DNA from: an uncultured Myxococcales bacterium
GTDB taxonomy: Bacteria; Myxococcota_A; UBA9042
NCBI GenBank assembly: GCA_903929795.1
Contig: CAIYWC010000189.1
Coordinates: forward strand, 72,474-136,473
Direction of reading: 5' to 3'
Length of the DNA stretch: 64,000 bases
A model generated the notes under the pieces. That model saw only the letters and a program-made list of their open reading frames with translations, searched no databases and was not told the DNA's origin. The position numbers were made by a program, and so were the translations under genes. Shown here in pieces: positions 25,165 to 35,220 of the stretch (position 1 is its first letter; each line of letters begins with the position of its first letter).

Positions 25165-26664
25165 CAGGGCGATCGCAAGCTCCCGAACCCCTCGCAAAAT
25201 TGACGAAACCGCTCGCGCCTGATCTGCTGCATCACCACGGACTCGTGATCCGCGGTGATCATCATGAACGACCTCGACGGATATCGGCAACTTTACAGGC
25301 TTTCTGCGCAGATCCCCGACTGGCGGAGCGATCTCGGCAAGCTGCACAGGCTGACCGAAGTTCTCTTCATCATGGTGGTGGCGCTCATCGCCGGCGCGCA
25401 AGACTGCGAGGACATCCACGGTTTCGGCGACGAGAACGAACACTGGCTGCGGCAGCTCCTGACGCTCAAGCACGGAATCCCGCATCACGACATGTACTTG
25501 CGGACGCTGGCCGCAGTGCCGGCGGAGCAGTTCGAGGCGCTCGTGCGGGCGTGGACGGCCGCGCTGCGCGAGCCTGACGCGCTGAAGATCGACGGCCATC
25601 AGGTGGCTTTCGACGGCCAATCGCTGCGGGCAAGCGTGGATCGCTCGCTTGGCTCACTGCCGGTGCACATGGTTTCGGCATACCTGATCGAGGCTGGCTT
25701 CACTTTGGGCTCGAAGCGTGTGGACGAGAAATCCAACGAAATCATGGCAATTCCGGACCTGATGCGTTCGCTGAACCTGCGCGGCGCGACGGTGACCATC
25801 GATGCTATGGGCTGTCAGCGCGAGATTGCGGCGACTGCGCGGGAGGTGGGCGCGCACTACCAGCTGCAGGTCAAGGAGAACCAGCCGACGCTGCTGCAAA
25901 ACATCAAGACTTCCATGGTGGAAGCGACGCGGCGGCGACGTCCGGGTGAGGCGCCAGCCAAGCTGGAGCGGCACAAGGACGTCGACAAGGGGCACGGCAG
26001 GATCGAGACGCGCGCCTGCATTTTGTCCCGTGATCTCAGTGGTATCGAGAAACGCGACGACTGGCGCGACCTCTCAGGCATCGCCAGCGTGATGCGCGAG
26101 CGGACGGACGCCATCTCCGGCAAAACGTCACAGGAAATAGGCTATTACATCGTGAGTGATCCCTCAGCTACCGCAGCCGACGTGGCACGGCTCGCGCGGG
26201 GCCACTGGGGCATCGAGAACGGCCTGCACTGGTCGCTGGACGTCGTGTGGGGCTCGGACGCGCACGCGATCCGCGACCGCAATGCGGCGGAAAACATGGC
26301 GAGGCTGCGGCGGTTTTGCGCCGGCATGGTCAAGCAAAGCGTGGGATGGGGGATGAGCGGCAAGCGCGTGCGCAAGCTCGCCGGCTGGAATCCGAACAAC
26401 ATCCTGCGCGTCTTGGCCGGCGAGGTCATCGCCAAGAAACGAACCAAGGTCGCGCCGGTGAAGTACCGCAAGGCGCAGGAGGCGGCCAAGGCTGTCGCGA
26501 AGAAAAAGTAGCGACAGAAAAATCAGCCGGCATCGAGCGTGGACGGCAACCCGTCACGTCCGCTCGGGATTCGCCGGTGCGTCAAGAGCGGTCGACGCGT
26601 GGCGAAGGTTTGGAGGGACGGGCGACGTCAGGGCTGCGGGCGGGTCGAGCTTGCGACGGCCCTG
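25165..26664 (+). mobile_element. Complete ISAs1-family insertion sequence (1500 bp) with 18-bp imperfect terminal inverted repeats and a 10-bp target-site duplication CATGTTTTGT
   Basis: Left inverted repeat CAGGGCGATCGCAAGCTC (25165-25182). The right inverted repeat reverse-complements to CAGGGCCGTCGCAAGCTC (26647-26664), a 16/18 match. Direct repeats CATGTTTTGT at 25155-25164 and 26665-26674. One intact transposase ORF inside. Confidence 0.8.
25264..26511 (+). CDS. ISAs1-family (H-repeat-associated) DDE transposase
   Basis: Aligns along its length with E. coli YhhI/H-repeat protein: GAQDCEDIHGFG, SNEIMAIPDLM, TIDAMGCQREIA and HWGIENGLHWSLDVV. Confidence 0.9.
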   Translation: MNDLDGYRQLYRLSAQIPDWRSDLGKLHRLTEVLFIMVVALIAGAQDCEDIHGFGDENEHWLRQLLTLKHGIPHHDMYLRTLAAVPAEQFEALVRAWTAALREPDALKIDGHQVAFDGQSLRASVDRSLGSLPVHMVSAYLIEAGFTLGSKRVDEKSNEIMAIPDLMRSLNLRGATVTIDAMGCQREIAATAREVGAHYQLQVKENQPTLLQNIKTSMVEATRRRRPGEAPAKLERHKDVDKGHGRIETRACILSRDLSGIEKRDDWRDLSGIASVMRERTDAISGKTSQEIGYYIVSDPSATAADVARLARGHWGIENGLHWSLDVVWGSDAHAIRDRNAAENMARLRRFCAGMVKQSVGWGMSGKRVRKLAGWNPNNILRVLAGEVIAKKRTKVAPVKYRKAQEAAKAVAKKK

Positions 26665-27024
26665 CATGTTTTGTGGTTGATCAGACGCGGTTCGGCCTTC
26701 GCGCCGGGCCTCCACGCGGCCCGACAAAAGCCTCCCCCACTGGCGCCTGGCAAGCGCCAGACGCACCACCACCAAAGCGGCCCCGCGGCCTTGCGGCTGC
26801 GTCCGCCCCTCCGTTGTCAGCTGCCGGCTTCGCGCTGGCAACTGCCCGGAAGCCAGGTTGTGGGCCCGCGCACCATCGCCGCCCGTACGCGCGGTGGGTC
26901 CGTGGACAGGAGGCCCAGCTCGCCCCCCAGAACAGTATTCGCTCGGCGCTGGATTCTGCCGCGGACTCGAGCCAAGAAAAGTTCGCGTTCCGCGCATGTT
27001 CGCGTCGGAACAAGACGGTCCCAG

Positions 27025-27819
27025 CTACCGCCGCTCGCCCGCCACCCGGTCCAGCCGCAGCCGCTCGCGGTCGTCGGTCAGCTGGCGCAGCGTGCCCATC
27101 ACGGCCAGAAAAACCGCCAGCGCCGTCGCACCCGCCACGAGCAGGATAATCATCATCTGGTACTTGATCGCCTCCTGCGGCGATTGCCCGGTCAGGATCT
27201 GGCCGGTCATCATGCCCGGAATCATCACCAGCCCGGTCGCCGCCATGAGGTTGAGCGTCGGCAGCAGCGCCGTCCGCATCGCGCGTTGGAGGTGCGTGCG
27301 CATCGCTTGCTCAAAACGTTGGCCGAGCACGAGCTGCGCCTCGATGTTCACCCGCTCCCGCAGCGCGTTCTGCGTCAGGTTGTCGATGCCCAGCGCGACC
27401 GCGTTCATCACACTGCCCAGGATCATGCCGAGGATCGGGACCGCATAGCGCGGCGCGTACCAAGGCTTGGGCGAGAGCTGCGTCAGCAGCGCGTAGCCGA
27501 GCGTCGTCAGCCCCGCGACCGCGATGGCCGCGCCGGGCACCAAGAAGCCGTTGCGACCTGCCAGCGGCCGACCGATGCGCCGCCAGGTCTCCCACGCGGC
27601 AAAACCCAGCATGACGAGCACCGTCAACGCCGTCGCCAGCGCCGATTCCGTGTCAAAAAGCCACTGCAACACGACGGCCAGCAGGCTCAACTGCACGACC
27701 ATCCGCACAGCCGCGATCGCCAGCGGGCGCGCGAGCTTGAGCTGGAACCGAATCGACAGCCCCGCGTGCACAAGGAGCAGCAGGCTGGCCAGCGCGATGT
27801 CGACATACGTCAGATGCAT
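27025..27819 (-). CDS. fetB: FetB/YbbM-like (UPF0014) ABC-exporter permease
   Basis: About 8 TM. N-terminus HLTYVDIALASLLLL resembles E. coli FetB HNITNESLALALMLV. Start could also be ATG 27834. Confidence 0.75.
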   Translation of the reverse strand: MHLTYVDIALASLLLLVHAGLSIRFQLKLARPLAIAAVRMVVQLSLLAVVLQWLFDTESALATALTVLVMLGFAAWETWRRIGRPLAGRNGFLVPGAAIAVAGLTTLGYALLTQLSPKPWYAPRYAVPILGMILGSVMNAVALGIDNLTQNALRERVNIEAQLVLGQRFEQAMRTHLQRAMRTALLPTLNLMAATGLVMIPGMMTGQILTGQSPQEAIKYQMMIILLVAGATALAVFLAVMGTLRQLTDDRERLRLDRVAGERR

Positions 27820-27826
27820 CGCGCCG

Positions 27827-28438
27827 TCAGGCATGGCCGGCCTCCTGCAAGCCCGTGTGCTCCAGCACGAGCCGGTGGTCCGCGACGCGCTGGGCCTGGG
27901 CGGCGTCGTGCGTGACCCAAATCAGCGTCACGTCCGCCTGCTTGCGGGCCAGCAGCCAGTTCTCGGCGGCCAGCGCGGTCTCAGCATCCAGGTTGGCCGT
28001 CGGCTCGTCCAGCAGGAGCACCGGAGATTGGCACGCCACGGCGCGCAGCAGCGACAGCCGCTGACGTTCGCCGCTGGACAGGCGCGCGACCGGCCAGGTC
28101 CCGCAGTCCGCCGGCAAGCCCAGCGCGGTCAAATCCGCAGTCAGCGCGGCGATGTCGGTGAAATGCTCGGCCACGGTCTCCGCCCACCAGCCTGCCGCCG
28201 CCGGAACGTAGATCACTTGGCGCCGCCAGTCGTGCGGCGGACAGTCCGCTTGGCGCAGCGCGCCGAGGAACACGTCCCCACGGTGCGGATCCAGGTCGGC
28301 CAGCGCCCGCAGCAGCAGCGACTTGCCCACGCCCGACGGACCCATGATCGTCAGGCAGCGGCCGGGTTCAGCGACAAACGTGAACGGCCCACCGGCGGCG
28401 GTATGGACGTTTTCGCAGCGAAACCTGGGGACCGTCAT
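27827..28438 (-). CDS. fetA: FetA/YbbL-like ABC-transporter ATP-binding protein
   Basis: Walker A GPSGVGKS, signature LSSGERQR and Walker B LLLDEPT. Collinear with E. coli YbbL. Confidence 0.8.
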   Translation of the reverse strand: MTVPRFRCENVHTAAGGPFTFVAEPGRCLTIMGPSGVGKSLLLRALADLDPHRGDVFLGALRQADCPPHDWRRQVIYVPAAAGWWAETVAEHFTDIAALTADLTALGLPADCGTWPVARLSSGERQRLSLLRAVACQSPVLLLDEPTANLDAETALAAENWLLARKQADVTLIWVTHDAAQAQRVADHRLVLEHTGLQEAGHA

Positions 28439-28522
28439 GGGTGCGCCTCGCGCGTCAAGCGACTGCGGTGTGGCCGCGTGTGGCGGTGCGCGCGTGCGAT
28501 CGAACCAACCACCGCACCCTGC

Positions 28523-29611
28523 TTATAACAGGTCCGCGCGCCCCAGCTTGCTCAATTCCGCCACGACCAGGCGCACGTCCTGCGACCGGTCCAGCGGCAC
28601 CACCAGCGTCGCGTCGTCCGTGGCCACGACGGCCATGTTGCGCAAGCCCACGGCGGCCAGGTACGGCCCTTTGGAGATCAGCACGCTGTGGTGCGTGTCC
28701 ACCGCCAGCACGGGGCCGTGCACGAAATTGTGCTCGCCGTCCGGCCGCAAACCCAGCACGCTGTGCCAAGTGCCCACGTCCGACCAGCCCGCGTCCAGCC
28801 GCACGCAGCGGATGTCCGGCTCATGCTCCGCCACGCCGTAGTCGATGCTGACGTTCGGACAATTCGGGAACGTCACGCGCAGCAGTGCCTCGAAGGCGTC
28901 GCCGTCGTAGCGGTGCTTGTTGTCGCGCAACTCATGGAGAACACGCCCAATTTCTGGAACATGCGCGTCCAGCGCGCGCAACGCCTTGTCCGCCCGCAGG
29001 ACAAACACGCCGGCGTTCCACAAGTGCTTGCCGCCCAACAGGTATTGCTCGGCGGTCTCCAGGCTCGGCTTCTCGACAAAACGTTCGACCGCGTAACCCG
29101 CCGCGTCCAGCGATTCGCCCAGTTGGATGTAGCCGTAACCCGTTTCCGGCGTCGTCGGCTGGATGCCCAGCGTCACGATATGGCCGCGATCCGCATGCAC
29201 GGCCGCCCGCACGATCGCCTCCCGGAATGCCGCCGCGTCCGCGACGAAATGGTCGGACGGCAGCAGCACCAGGATCGCATCTTCGACCAACTGCTCCGCG
29301 ACGATCGCGGCGATCGCCATGCACGGCGCCGTGTTCCGCGGCGCGGGCTCGGCCAGGATCTGCCCCGGTCCGAGCTCCGGCAGCACGGCTTGGACGGCGT
29401 CCCGCAGGTGCCCAGCGGTCACGCACAGCTGCCGCTCCGGCGGGCACAGCGCCGCGATGCGGTCCATCGTGACCCGCAGCAGCGTCTTGTCGCCAAAAAA
29501 CTGCAGCAGCTGCTTGGGCTCGTGTTTGCGGCTCAGTGGCCAAAAGCGCGTGCCCGAACCGCCGGCCATGACCGCGCAAACGATGCGATCTTCAAGCGAT
29601 TTCGTCGTCAC
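28523..29611 (-). CDS. manC: Mannose-1-phosphate guanylyltransferase (GDP-mannose pyrophosphorylase)
   Basis: N-terminal nucleotidyltransferase motif VMAGGSGTRFWPLS. Confidence 0.85.
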   Translation of the reverse strand: MTTKSLEDRIVCAVMAGGSGTRFWPLSRKHEPKQLLQFFGDKTLLRVTMDRIAALCPPERQLCVTAGHLRDAVQAVLPELGPGQILAEPAPRNTAPCMAIAAIVAEQLVEDAILVLLPSDHFVADAAAFREAIVRAAVHADRGHIVTLGIQPTTPETGYGYIQLGESLDAAGYAVERFVEKPSLETAEQYLLGGKHLWNAGVFVLRADKALRALDAHVPEIGRVLHELRDNKHRYDGDAFEALLRVTFPNCPNVSIDYGVAEHEPDIRCVRLDAGWSDVGTWHSVLGLRPDGEHNFVHGPVLAVDTHHSVLISKGPYLAAVGLRNMAVVATDDATLVVPLDRSQDVRLVVAELSKLGRADLL

Positions 29612-30283
29612 TCAGGCCTCCGCGCCGGAGACGGCCAGCTTGCGCAGCTGGGCCGCGACGCGCATCGGCGCGCCGGTCAGGCGGAGCACTTCTTCCACGC
29701 TTGTGTCGTCGGCGATCTCGATCAGCTCCAAGCCCGTCGGCGTCACGTCGATGACGGCCAAGTCCGTGACGATGCGGTTCACACACGTGCGGCCCGTCAG
29801 CGGCAGCGTGCATTCGGCAAGAATCTTTGGTTCACCTGTCTTTTCACAGTGTTGCATCGTCACGACTACGCGCCGCGCGCCCGCCACCAGATCCATCGCG
29901 CCGCCCATGCCCTTGACCATCTTGCCCGGCACGACCCAGTTCGCCAGATCGCCGCGCGCCGACACCTGCAGCGCGCCCAGCACCGTGATGTCCACATGGC
30001 CGCCGCGGATCATCGCGAATGATTCCGCAGAGCTGAAGTACGACGCACCCGGCATCTCGGTAATCGTCTGCTTGCCCGCGTTGATGAGATCCGGATCCTC
30101 GTCGCCTTCATACGGAAACGGTCCGACGCCCAACATACCGTTTTCACTCTGCAAAATCACGTCGATGCCCGTCGGAATGTAGTTCGCGACAAGCGTCGGA
30201 ATCCCGATGCCGAGGTTGACGTAATAGCCGTCGCGCAGCTCCTCGGCGACCCGGGCGGCGATTTCAAGGCGTGAGAGCGGCAT
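29612..30283 (-). CDS. scoB: 3-oxoacid CoA-transferase subunit B (ScoB/AtoA family); no A subunit adjacent
   Basis: Conserved ...SENG..GVGP...[28 protein letters not shown] core. Flanked by manC and a HEAT-repeat gene, not by an A subunit. Confidence 0.8.
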   Translation of the reverse strand: MPLSRLEIAARVAEELRDGYYVNLGIGIPTLVANYIPTGIDVILQSENGMLGVGPFPYEGDEDPDLINAGKQTITEMPGASYFSSAESFAMIRGGHVDITVLGALQVSARGDLANWVVPGKMVKGMGGAMDLVAGARRVVVTMQHCEKTGEPKILAECTLPLTGRTCVNRIVTDLAVIDVTPTGLELIEIADDTSVEEVLRLTGAPMRVAAQLRKLAVSGAEA

Positions 30284-30307
30284 CTTTCCTCCAACAACGA
30301 CAGGCAG

Positions 30308-31531
30308 TTACGGCTTAACCGGCTTCTTGGGATTGTCCTTGTGATCCAGCCCGGCGTATTCGCGCCACGGCTTCTCGTCGGAGCCATAGTGCATGCCGGT
30401 CAGGTTCTCCAAGGCGAAAACCACGTGATTGACCAGCGATTTACTGTCCAGCCGCAGCAGCGGCACCAGTTCCGGCACGATCGTCTTGTCGCCCAAGGAC
30501 GGCAGCATGCGCAGGATGCGCACGGCCTCGTCGGGTTCACCACTCAGCGGCAGCGCCTGCAGCCGCTTGAGCAACACCACCGATGCGCCCGACGGCTTGA
30601 GCGCGACAACCGCCGCCTGCAGGGCAATCCGCTCGTCGGGCTCGATGTCGTCGCGCACCGCCGTGGCAAGCACGCGCAGGCCCGCCGAGCTCATCTTCAG
30701 CGCGACGAGCGCCTGCGCCGCCTCCGCCCGCGCGCCCGGCGTGTCCAGCCCCGCCAGCGCGGCGTTGTCCGCCCACGGTGTCGGCACCGCCGCGAGCACG
30801 CGCAGCGCTGCCCGGGCGACTTCCCGCGGCGTCGCGTCCACCAGCATCGTCGCGAGCGGCACCGCCGACTGCGCGCGCAGCGCCGCGAGCGCGTCCAGCG
30901 CCGGCGCCCGCACCATCGACAGCGTCCGTGGCGCGGCGGCGAGCGCCAGCAGCTCCGGTTCGGCGTCCGCGTTGCCGATCATGCCCAGCGCGTGGGCCGT
31001 GGCCGCCTGAACCCGCGGCGCGCCGGCCGACAACAACTGCCGCAGCGGCGCGACCGCAGCCTGAAACCGCAGCAGCCCGAGGGCCCCCGCGGCCAGAATT
31101 TGCGCCCGCTGGTCGGTGCCTCCCAGCATCTTCAGGAGCGCCGGTGCGGCGCGCGCATCACCCAAGCGCGCCTGGGCCGAGCGAATATCCGCGGTGGACG
31201 GGTCATCGGACAGGCTCGCGCCCGCAGCGTCCAGCGCATCCACCTCCGTGCGCGCGTCCAGCAGGCTGAGCGCCAGCGCGATCTTGCCGGCATCGCGCGG
31301 TGTCGCGCCCTTGAGCTGCGCGGCCAGGGCCTTCGCGACGTCATCGCGGCTCGCGAGCGCCGCGCTCAGCGCGGGACAGGTGCCAAACGCCAGGCTGTCG
31401 CATAGCAGCAAATCCTTGGCAATTTCAGGCGCATCGGCGGCCGGCGCCGGCGCCGGGGCCGGGGCCGGGGCTTGGGCAAAAGCAGGCGACGTCAGGGCGG
31501 CGACCAGGAACACGAGCAGGGCACGGGTCAT
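30308..31531 (-). CDS. Secreted HEAT/ARM-like repeat protein
   Basis: ATG 31531. Signal peptide MTRALLVFLVAALTSPAFA followed by (AP)5. Repeated helical ~35-aa units with LLxxL...ALG patterns. Confidence 0.6.
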   Translation of the reverse strand: MTRALLVFLVAALTSPAFAQAPAPAPAPAPAADAPEIAKDLLLCDSLAFGTCPALSAALASRDDVAKALAAQLKGATPRDAGKIALALSLLDARTEVDALDAAGASLSDDPSTADIRSAQARLGDARAAPALLKMLGGTDQRAQILAAGALGLLRFQAAVAPLRQLLSAGAPRVQAATAHALGMIGNADAEPELLALAAAPRTLSMVRAPALDALAALRAQSAVPLATMLVDATPREVARAALRVLAAVPTPWADNAALAGLDTPGARAEAAQALVALKMSSAGLRVLATAVRDDIEPDERIALQAAVVALKPSGASVVLLKRLQALPLSGEPDEAVRILRMLPSLGDKTIVPELVPLLRLDSKSLVNHVVFALENLTGMHYGSDEKPWREYAGLDHKDNPKKPVKP

Positions 31532-31756
31532 CAGAACCTCCGGGACGCTGGACACGCTGACCGCAATCGAAGCGCGCAGTCTGCCGGACCGCGGCACCCC
31601 ACCGGAGGCGCACGCGCGCGGTCCAGCCGGAAACGCCACAGGTCTACCCGACAACGCTTGGGTTCGTCCCAAGTCAGCGTGCATAGTCTGCGGCCGCGGC
31701 GCGCGCGTGTCGAGTCAGAAGCGGGGCAAAATCACCGTGGACACGGGTCGGCGCCG

Positions 31757-32707
31757 TCATTTGCGCCGCCAGGCGGTCACCGCGACCCCGCAGAAGATCA
31801 AGCCCGCGGCCGTCAGGACCTGCCAGCCGGGACGCAGGCCCAGCACGCGCCCTGCCGCGACGCCGGTCACCAGCGGCTGCAGGTAGACAAAAACCGCGAC
31901 GGTCGAGGCGCTGACGAACCGCAACCCGTACGCGTTGAGCAGGTAAGCCGCCACCGACGCGCCGAGCACGATGTAGGCGATGCCGCCCCAGACGCCAATC
32001 GGCAGCGCGCGCCAATCGACGAGCAGCAGCGCAGGCAGGCTGAACGGCAGGACCTCGAGCGCCGACCAGCCGAACGTCCAGCCGGTCACAGCCAGCGCGC
32101 CGTGTTTGGCGACCAGCGGCCGCGACAGCACCAGGTAAAAGCTGTACAGCAGCGTGTTGGCGCACAGGGCGAGGTTGCCCCACAGCCGGTCGACGCCGAA
32201 ATCCAGGCGTTCCGCGCCCACCAGCCACAGCGCCCCGGCCAGCGCGAGCAGCACGCCGACCATGCGCCGTGGGTCATAGCGCTCCTGGCGCAGCACGACG
32301 GCGATCAAGAGCGTGTAGCACGGAATCAGGCAGCCCAGCACCGCGGCATTGATGGGCGTGGAGCGTGCCAGGCCTTCGATGAACAACGCTTGGTTCGCGA
32401 CCACGCCGAGCAGCGACAGCCAAGCGCAGGAAAAGACCTCGCGACGCGTCATGGCCGAGCGCCACGGCCGGGTCGCGAAGAACAGCAGCGGACCGGCGAG
32501 GCAGACGCGCGTGCCGACGAGCGCGCGCGCCGGCAGGTACGGCAGCACGAGCTTGCCGACGACCGGCCAGATGCCAAAGACCACCTGGGCCAGCGCCAGC
32601 GCCACCAACGCGCGCAGGACGCGACGCGCTTGGAGTTCCTGGCTCAGGGCGGTTTCGATCACGCGCAAATCCGGGGCCAGACGCGGCCGGGGCGCGGAGG
32701 TCACCAC
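31757..32707 (-). CDS. EamA/DMT-family transporter
   Basis: 10 TM with two EamA-like halves. GTG start at 32707; start uncertain. Confidence 0.7.
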   Translation of the reverse strand: MVTSAPRPRLAPDLRVIETALSQELQARRVLRALVALALAQVVFGIWPVVGKLVLPYLPARALVGTRVCLAGPLLFFATRPWRSAMTRREVFSCAWLSLLGVVANQALFIEGLARSTPINAAVLGCLIPCYTLLIAVVLRQERYDPRRMVGVLLALAGALWLVGAERLDFGVDRLWGNLALCANTLLYSFYLVLSRPLVAKHGALAVTGWTFGWSALEVLPFSLPALLLVDWRALPIGVWGGIAYIVLGASVAAYLLNAYGLRFVSASTVAVFVYLQPLVTGVAAGRVLGLRPGWQVLTAAGLIFCGVAVTAWRRK

Positions 32708-32743
32708 GGTTTGCCGGCGATGGCAAGCGCGAGGCGGGAGCGC

Positions 32744-34588
32744 CTACCGCACACGACGGCGACGCCACGACAGCACCAGCCCCGCGAGCACGAGGCCCAG
32801 CAGCCCGGAGGCCGCGCCCCGCCCCGCCGTGCAACCGCCCGTCGTCGTGGAGGCGTTCACGTCCGGCAGCGTCACGGTCGGCTGGTCCGGGTTCCAGGTG
32901 ACGGGCGGCAACGCCGCGACAAAATCCGCCGGCAGGCTCGGCTGGCCCACCTTGGCGTTGTTCAGCTCCGCGTCGACCTGGTCGGCAAAGGTCTGGTCAA
33001 TCTCGATCGGCGGGCCGCTCTCGTCCAGCACCTCGATCTTTTCGGCGGGCTGGCCGCCTTCCGCCACGATCGGGCCCTTGCCGTCGTTGGTCGTCGAGAA
33101 GCCGTACGGCCCGTAGCAGTCATTCGGGCTCGTCGGCGCGGGCAGCGGCACCTCCACGGATGTCCCGTCGGCCAGGGCGATCTGCGCGCGCACGGCATCG
33201 GTCGTGCCCGCCGCGCAAATCGGCGTCGCCGTCGCGGTGTGCTGGGCGCTGACGGTCGGCAGGTCGTTGTTCCAGGCGAAAATCGGGTCCTTGTTCATCT
33301 CGTCCGGCGACACGAGCGTCATCAGGCGCGTCAGATACGCCGTCTTGGCATAGGCTACCTGCACGTCTGCCAGCGGTTGCACGACGCCATCGCCGATCGC
33401 TTGCGTCATCGCCGCCGGGTCAAACGGCTGCGCAGCCACGGCTTGCTTGATCGCCGCGCAGTCGCTGGCACATGCGTACTGGGTGCCACACGCGCCCGTG
33501 TAGCAGCAATCCTGTTGCAGGCAGCTGTAGAACGCCTGGTCCGTCGTGGCTGCAAAGGCCATCGGCTTGGGAATGTACTTCTGGATGATCGGCTGTAGCG
33601 TCTTGGACTGGCCATTGCCGATCGCCTGCAGCAGCGCGTTCAGGTACGCACCGGGCGCCGCAATCGCAGTCAGCGCCGCCGCATTCCAGCCCGTCAGCGC
33701 GAATTGCAGCTTCAGGTCCGCGGCCTTTTGCGCGAGCTCGGTCGTAAACGCGTGACCGGACGCCTGGTCAATCGCCTTCGCCGCGACGGTCAGGTAGTTG
33801 CCACCGGCCGTCAGCCAGTCGATCGTCTTCAGGTTCAGCACGACGTGCAGCCAGTTCTTGGGCACCGCACGCGCCGGCCCCATCGTCCAGATGATCACCG
33901 GCATGTCCGGGTTCGCCGCCAGCTGCGTCAGGCGAATCGGCAGGCACGGCGACGCCTCCTGTAGCTGCAGCACGATCGGCACCAGATCGCCGTCCGACTT
34001 GTCCTTTTGCAGCCTCAGTGCGAGGAACACAAAGCCCTGCTTGGCATACGCGTCCAGCAGTCCCGCCGTCGCCGGGGGCTGATCATAGCCGTTGTCGCTC
34101 AGCCACTTCTGCAGGTCCGCACCGCTGTCGCCCTGAATCACCTTGGTGTCGTACGGCCCAACATTCTCCGACGCCAGCACCGTCACACCCCCGCCCGGGG
34201 ACGTCGTCTGCGTCTTGTCGTTTGCCACGCCACCGTCCATCGCGTACGCGCAGTACGGAAAATGGCAATTCGGGTCGTTGTTCGCGTAGTTCAGATTGAA
34301 CGTCGGCCGCGTCGCGGCGTCCAGGACCGTGAAGATGCTGTCCGAGCCGGTCTTCAGGGTCGGCACGCTCTGCACCGGCAGGACCCAGCTGAAATTCTGC
34401 GAGGGCCCCTGATAGCTGATTTGGATGTGGACCGTGATCTGCGGCCCGTCCTGCACGTAGAGCACGCGCTCGGCGGCCTGATTGACCGGGCTCTGGAGGT
34501 TGCAGAAAAAGCCGCCGCAAGCCCAAGCGGGCGCAGCGAACAACAGGCCGGCGATGACGAGCATGGACCCATGGAAACGCGTAAACAT
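32744..34588 (-). CDS. DUF2330-type secreted protein with a C-terminal MYXO-CTERM sorting signal
   Basis: ATG 34588 with AGGAG upstream. N-terminus ...AAPAWACGGFFC (DUF2330 hallmark). C-terminus TTGGCTAGRGAASGLLGLVLAGLVLSWRRRRVR (Gly-Gly-Cys, hydrophobic stretch, Arg cluster). Confidence 0.75.
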   Translation of the reverse strand: MFTRFHGSMLVIAGLLFAAPAWACGGFFCNLQSPVNQAAERVLYVQDGPQITVHIQISYQGPSQNFSWVLPVQSVPTLKTGSDSIFTVLDAATRPTFNLNYANNDPNCHFPYCAYAMDGGVANDKTQTTSPGGGVTVLASENVGPYDTKVIQGDSGADLQKWLSDNGYDQPPATAGLLDAYAKQGFVFLALRLQKDKSDGDLVPIVLQLQEASPCLPIRLTQLAANPDMPVIIWTMGPARAVPKNWLHVVLNLKTIDWLTAGGNYLTVAAKAIDQASGHAFTTELAQKAADLKLQFALTGWNAAALTAIAAPGAYLNALLQAIGNGQSKTLQPIIQKYIPKPMAFAATTDQAFYSCLQQDCCYTGACGTQYACASDCAAIKQAVAAQPFDPAAMTQAIGDGVVQPLADVQVAYAKTAYLTRLMTLVSPDEMNKDPIFAWNNDLPTVSAQHTATATPICAAGTTDAVRAQIALADGTSVEVPLPAPTSPNDCYGPYGFSTTNDGKGPIVAEGGQPAEKIEVLDESGPPIEIDQTFADQVDAELNNAKVGQPSLPADFVAALPPVTWNPDQPTVTLPDVNASTTTGGCTAGRGAASGLLGLVLAGLVLSWRRRRVR

Positions 34589-34741
34589 CGGGAGACTCCT
34601 GGGCAAAAAATCCGCGGCAAGCCAGCGCGCTGGCGCTTGGATGCGCTGGTTGTCAGTGAACCGGGTGGACGCCCGGCCAAGGAGTCTGGCAGGCTCACGC
34701 TAATGACGGCGCGGCGACGTGTCAAGAAGGATCCGCAACCC

Positions 34742-35215
34742 ATGAACCTGACGCCACGGATGCCGCAACGTCTGCCGGACGACTGCCTTCTGCCAGGGTC
34801 GCGTCACACGCGCGCGGGCGGCGTCTCGACGCGCTACACCTGGCGGGCGCTGGAACGCGTGGTGTGCGGCGAACTCGATTTTGGCGCCGACGCGGAAGGG
34901 CTGCCGGGTTACGTCCACGGCGGCGCGCTGTCGGCGATTGCCGACGAGGCGATGGGGTTCGCCTGCTGGTGTGAAGGCCATTGCGCACCGGGCGCGCAAG
35001 TGGACGTCACGTTCCTGCAGCCCGTGCGCGCCGGCGATCACGGGCAAGTGCGCGCGTCGCTGGTCGAGAGCCAGGGGCGCAAGCTGCACTGCCAAGCCGA
35101 TATTCGCGTCGCGGACGTGCTCGTCGCGCGCGCCACGGGCCTCTTCATCGCCACACCCTTGCAGGATCCCGCGCCGTTCGCCCAGTGGCCCGGCGTCGAC
35201 CGCTTCCGGTCGTAG
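34742..35215 (+). CDS. PaaI-family hotdog-fold thioesterase
   Basis: Motif GYVHGGALSAIADEAMG. Start at ATG 34742 or 34703; the long ORF from 34007 overlaps the DUF2330 antisense strand and was rejected. Confidence 0.65.
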   Translation: MNLTPRMPQRLPDDCLLPGSRHTRAGGVSTRYTWRALERVVCGELDFGADAEGLPGYVHGGALSAIADEAMGFACWCEGHCAPGAQVDVTFLQPVRAGDHGQVRASLVESQGRKLHCQADIRVADVLVARATGLFIATPLQDPAPFAQWPGVDRFRS

Positions 35216-35220
35216 CCGGC

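Noticed and set aside
25161-25577. 138-aa plus-strand ORF and other ORFs inside the IS
   Set aside because: Out of frame with the transposase. The transposase frame has full-length family homology.
26539-27915. 458-aa Arg-rich plus-strand ORF spanning the IS right end, the spacer and fetB antisense
   Set aside because: Crosses the IS boundary and lies antisense to a well-supported permease. Composition is about 25% Arg.
31472-33598. 708-aa plus-strand ORF
   Set aside because: Antisense to the HEAT-repeat, EamA and DUF2330 genes. Arg-rich.
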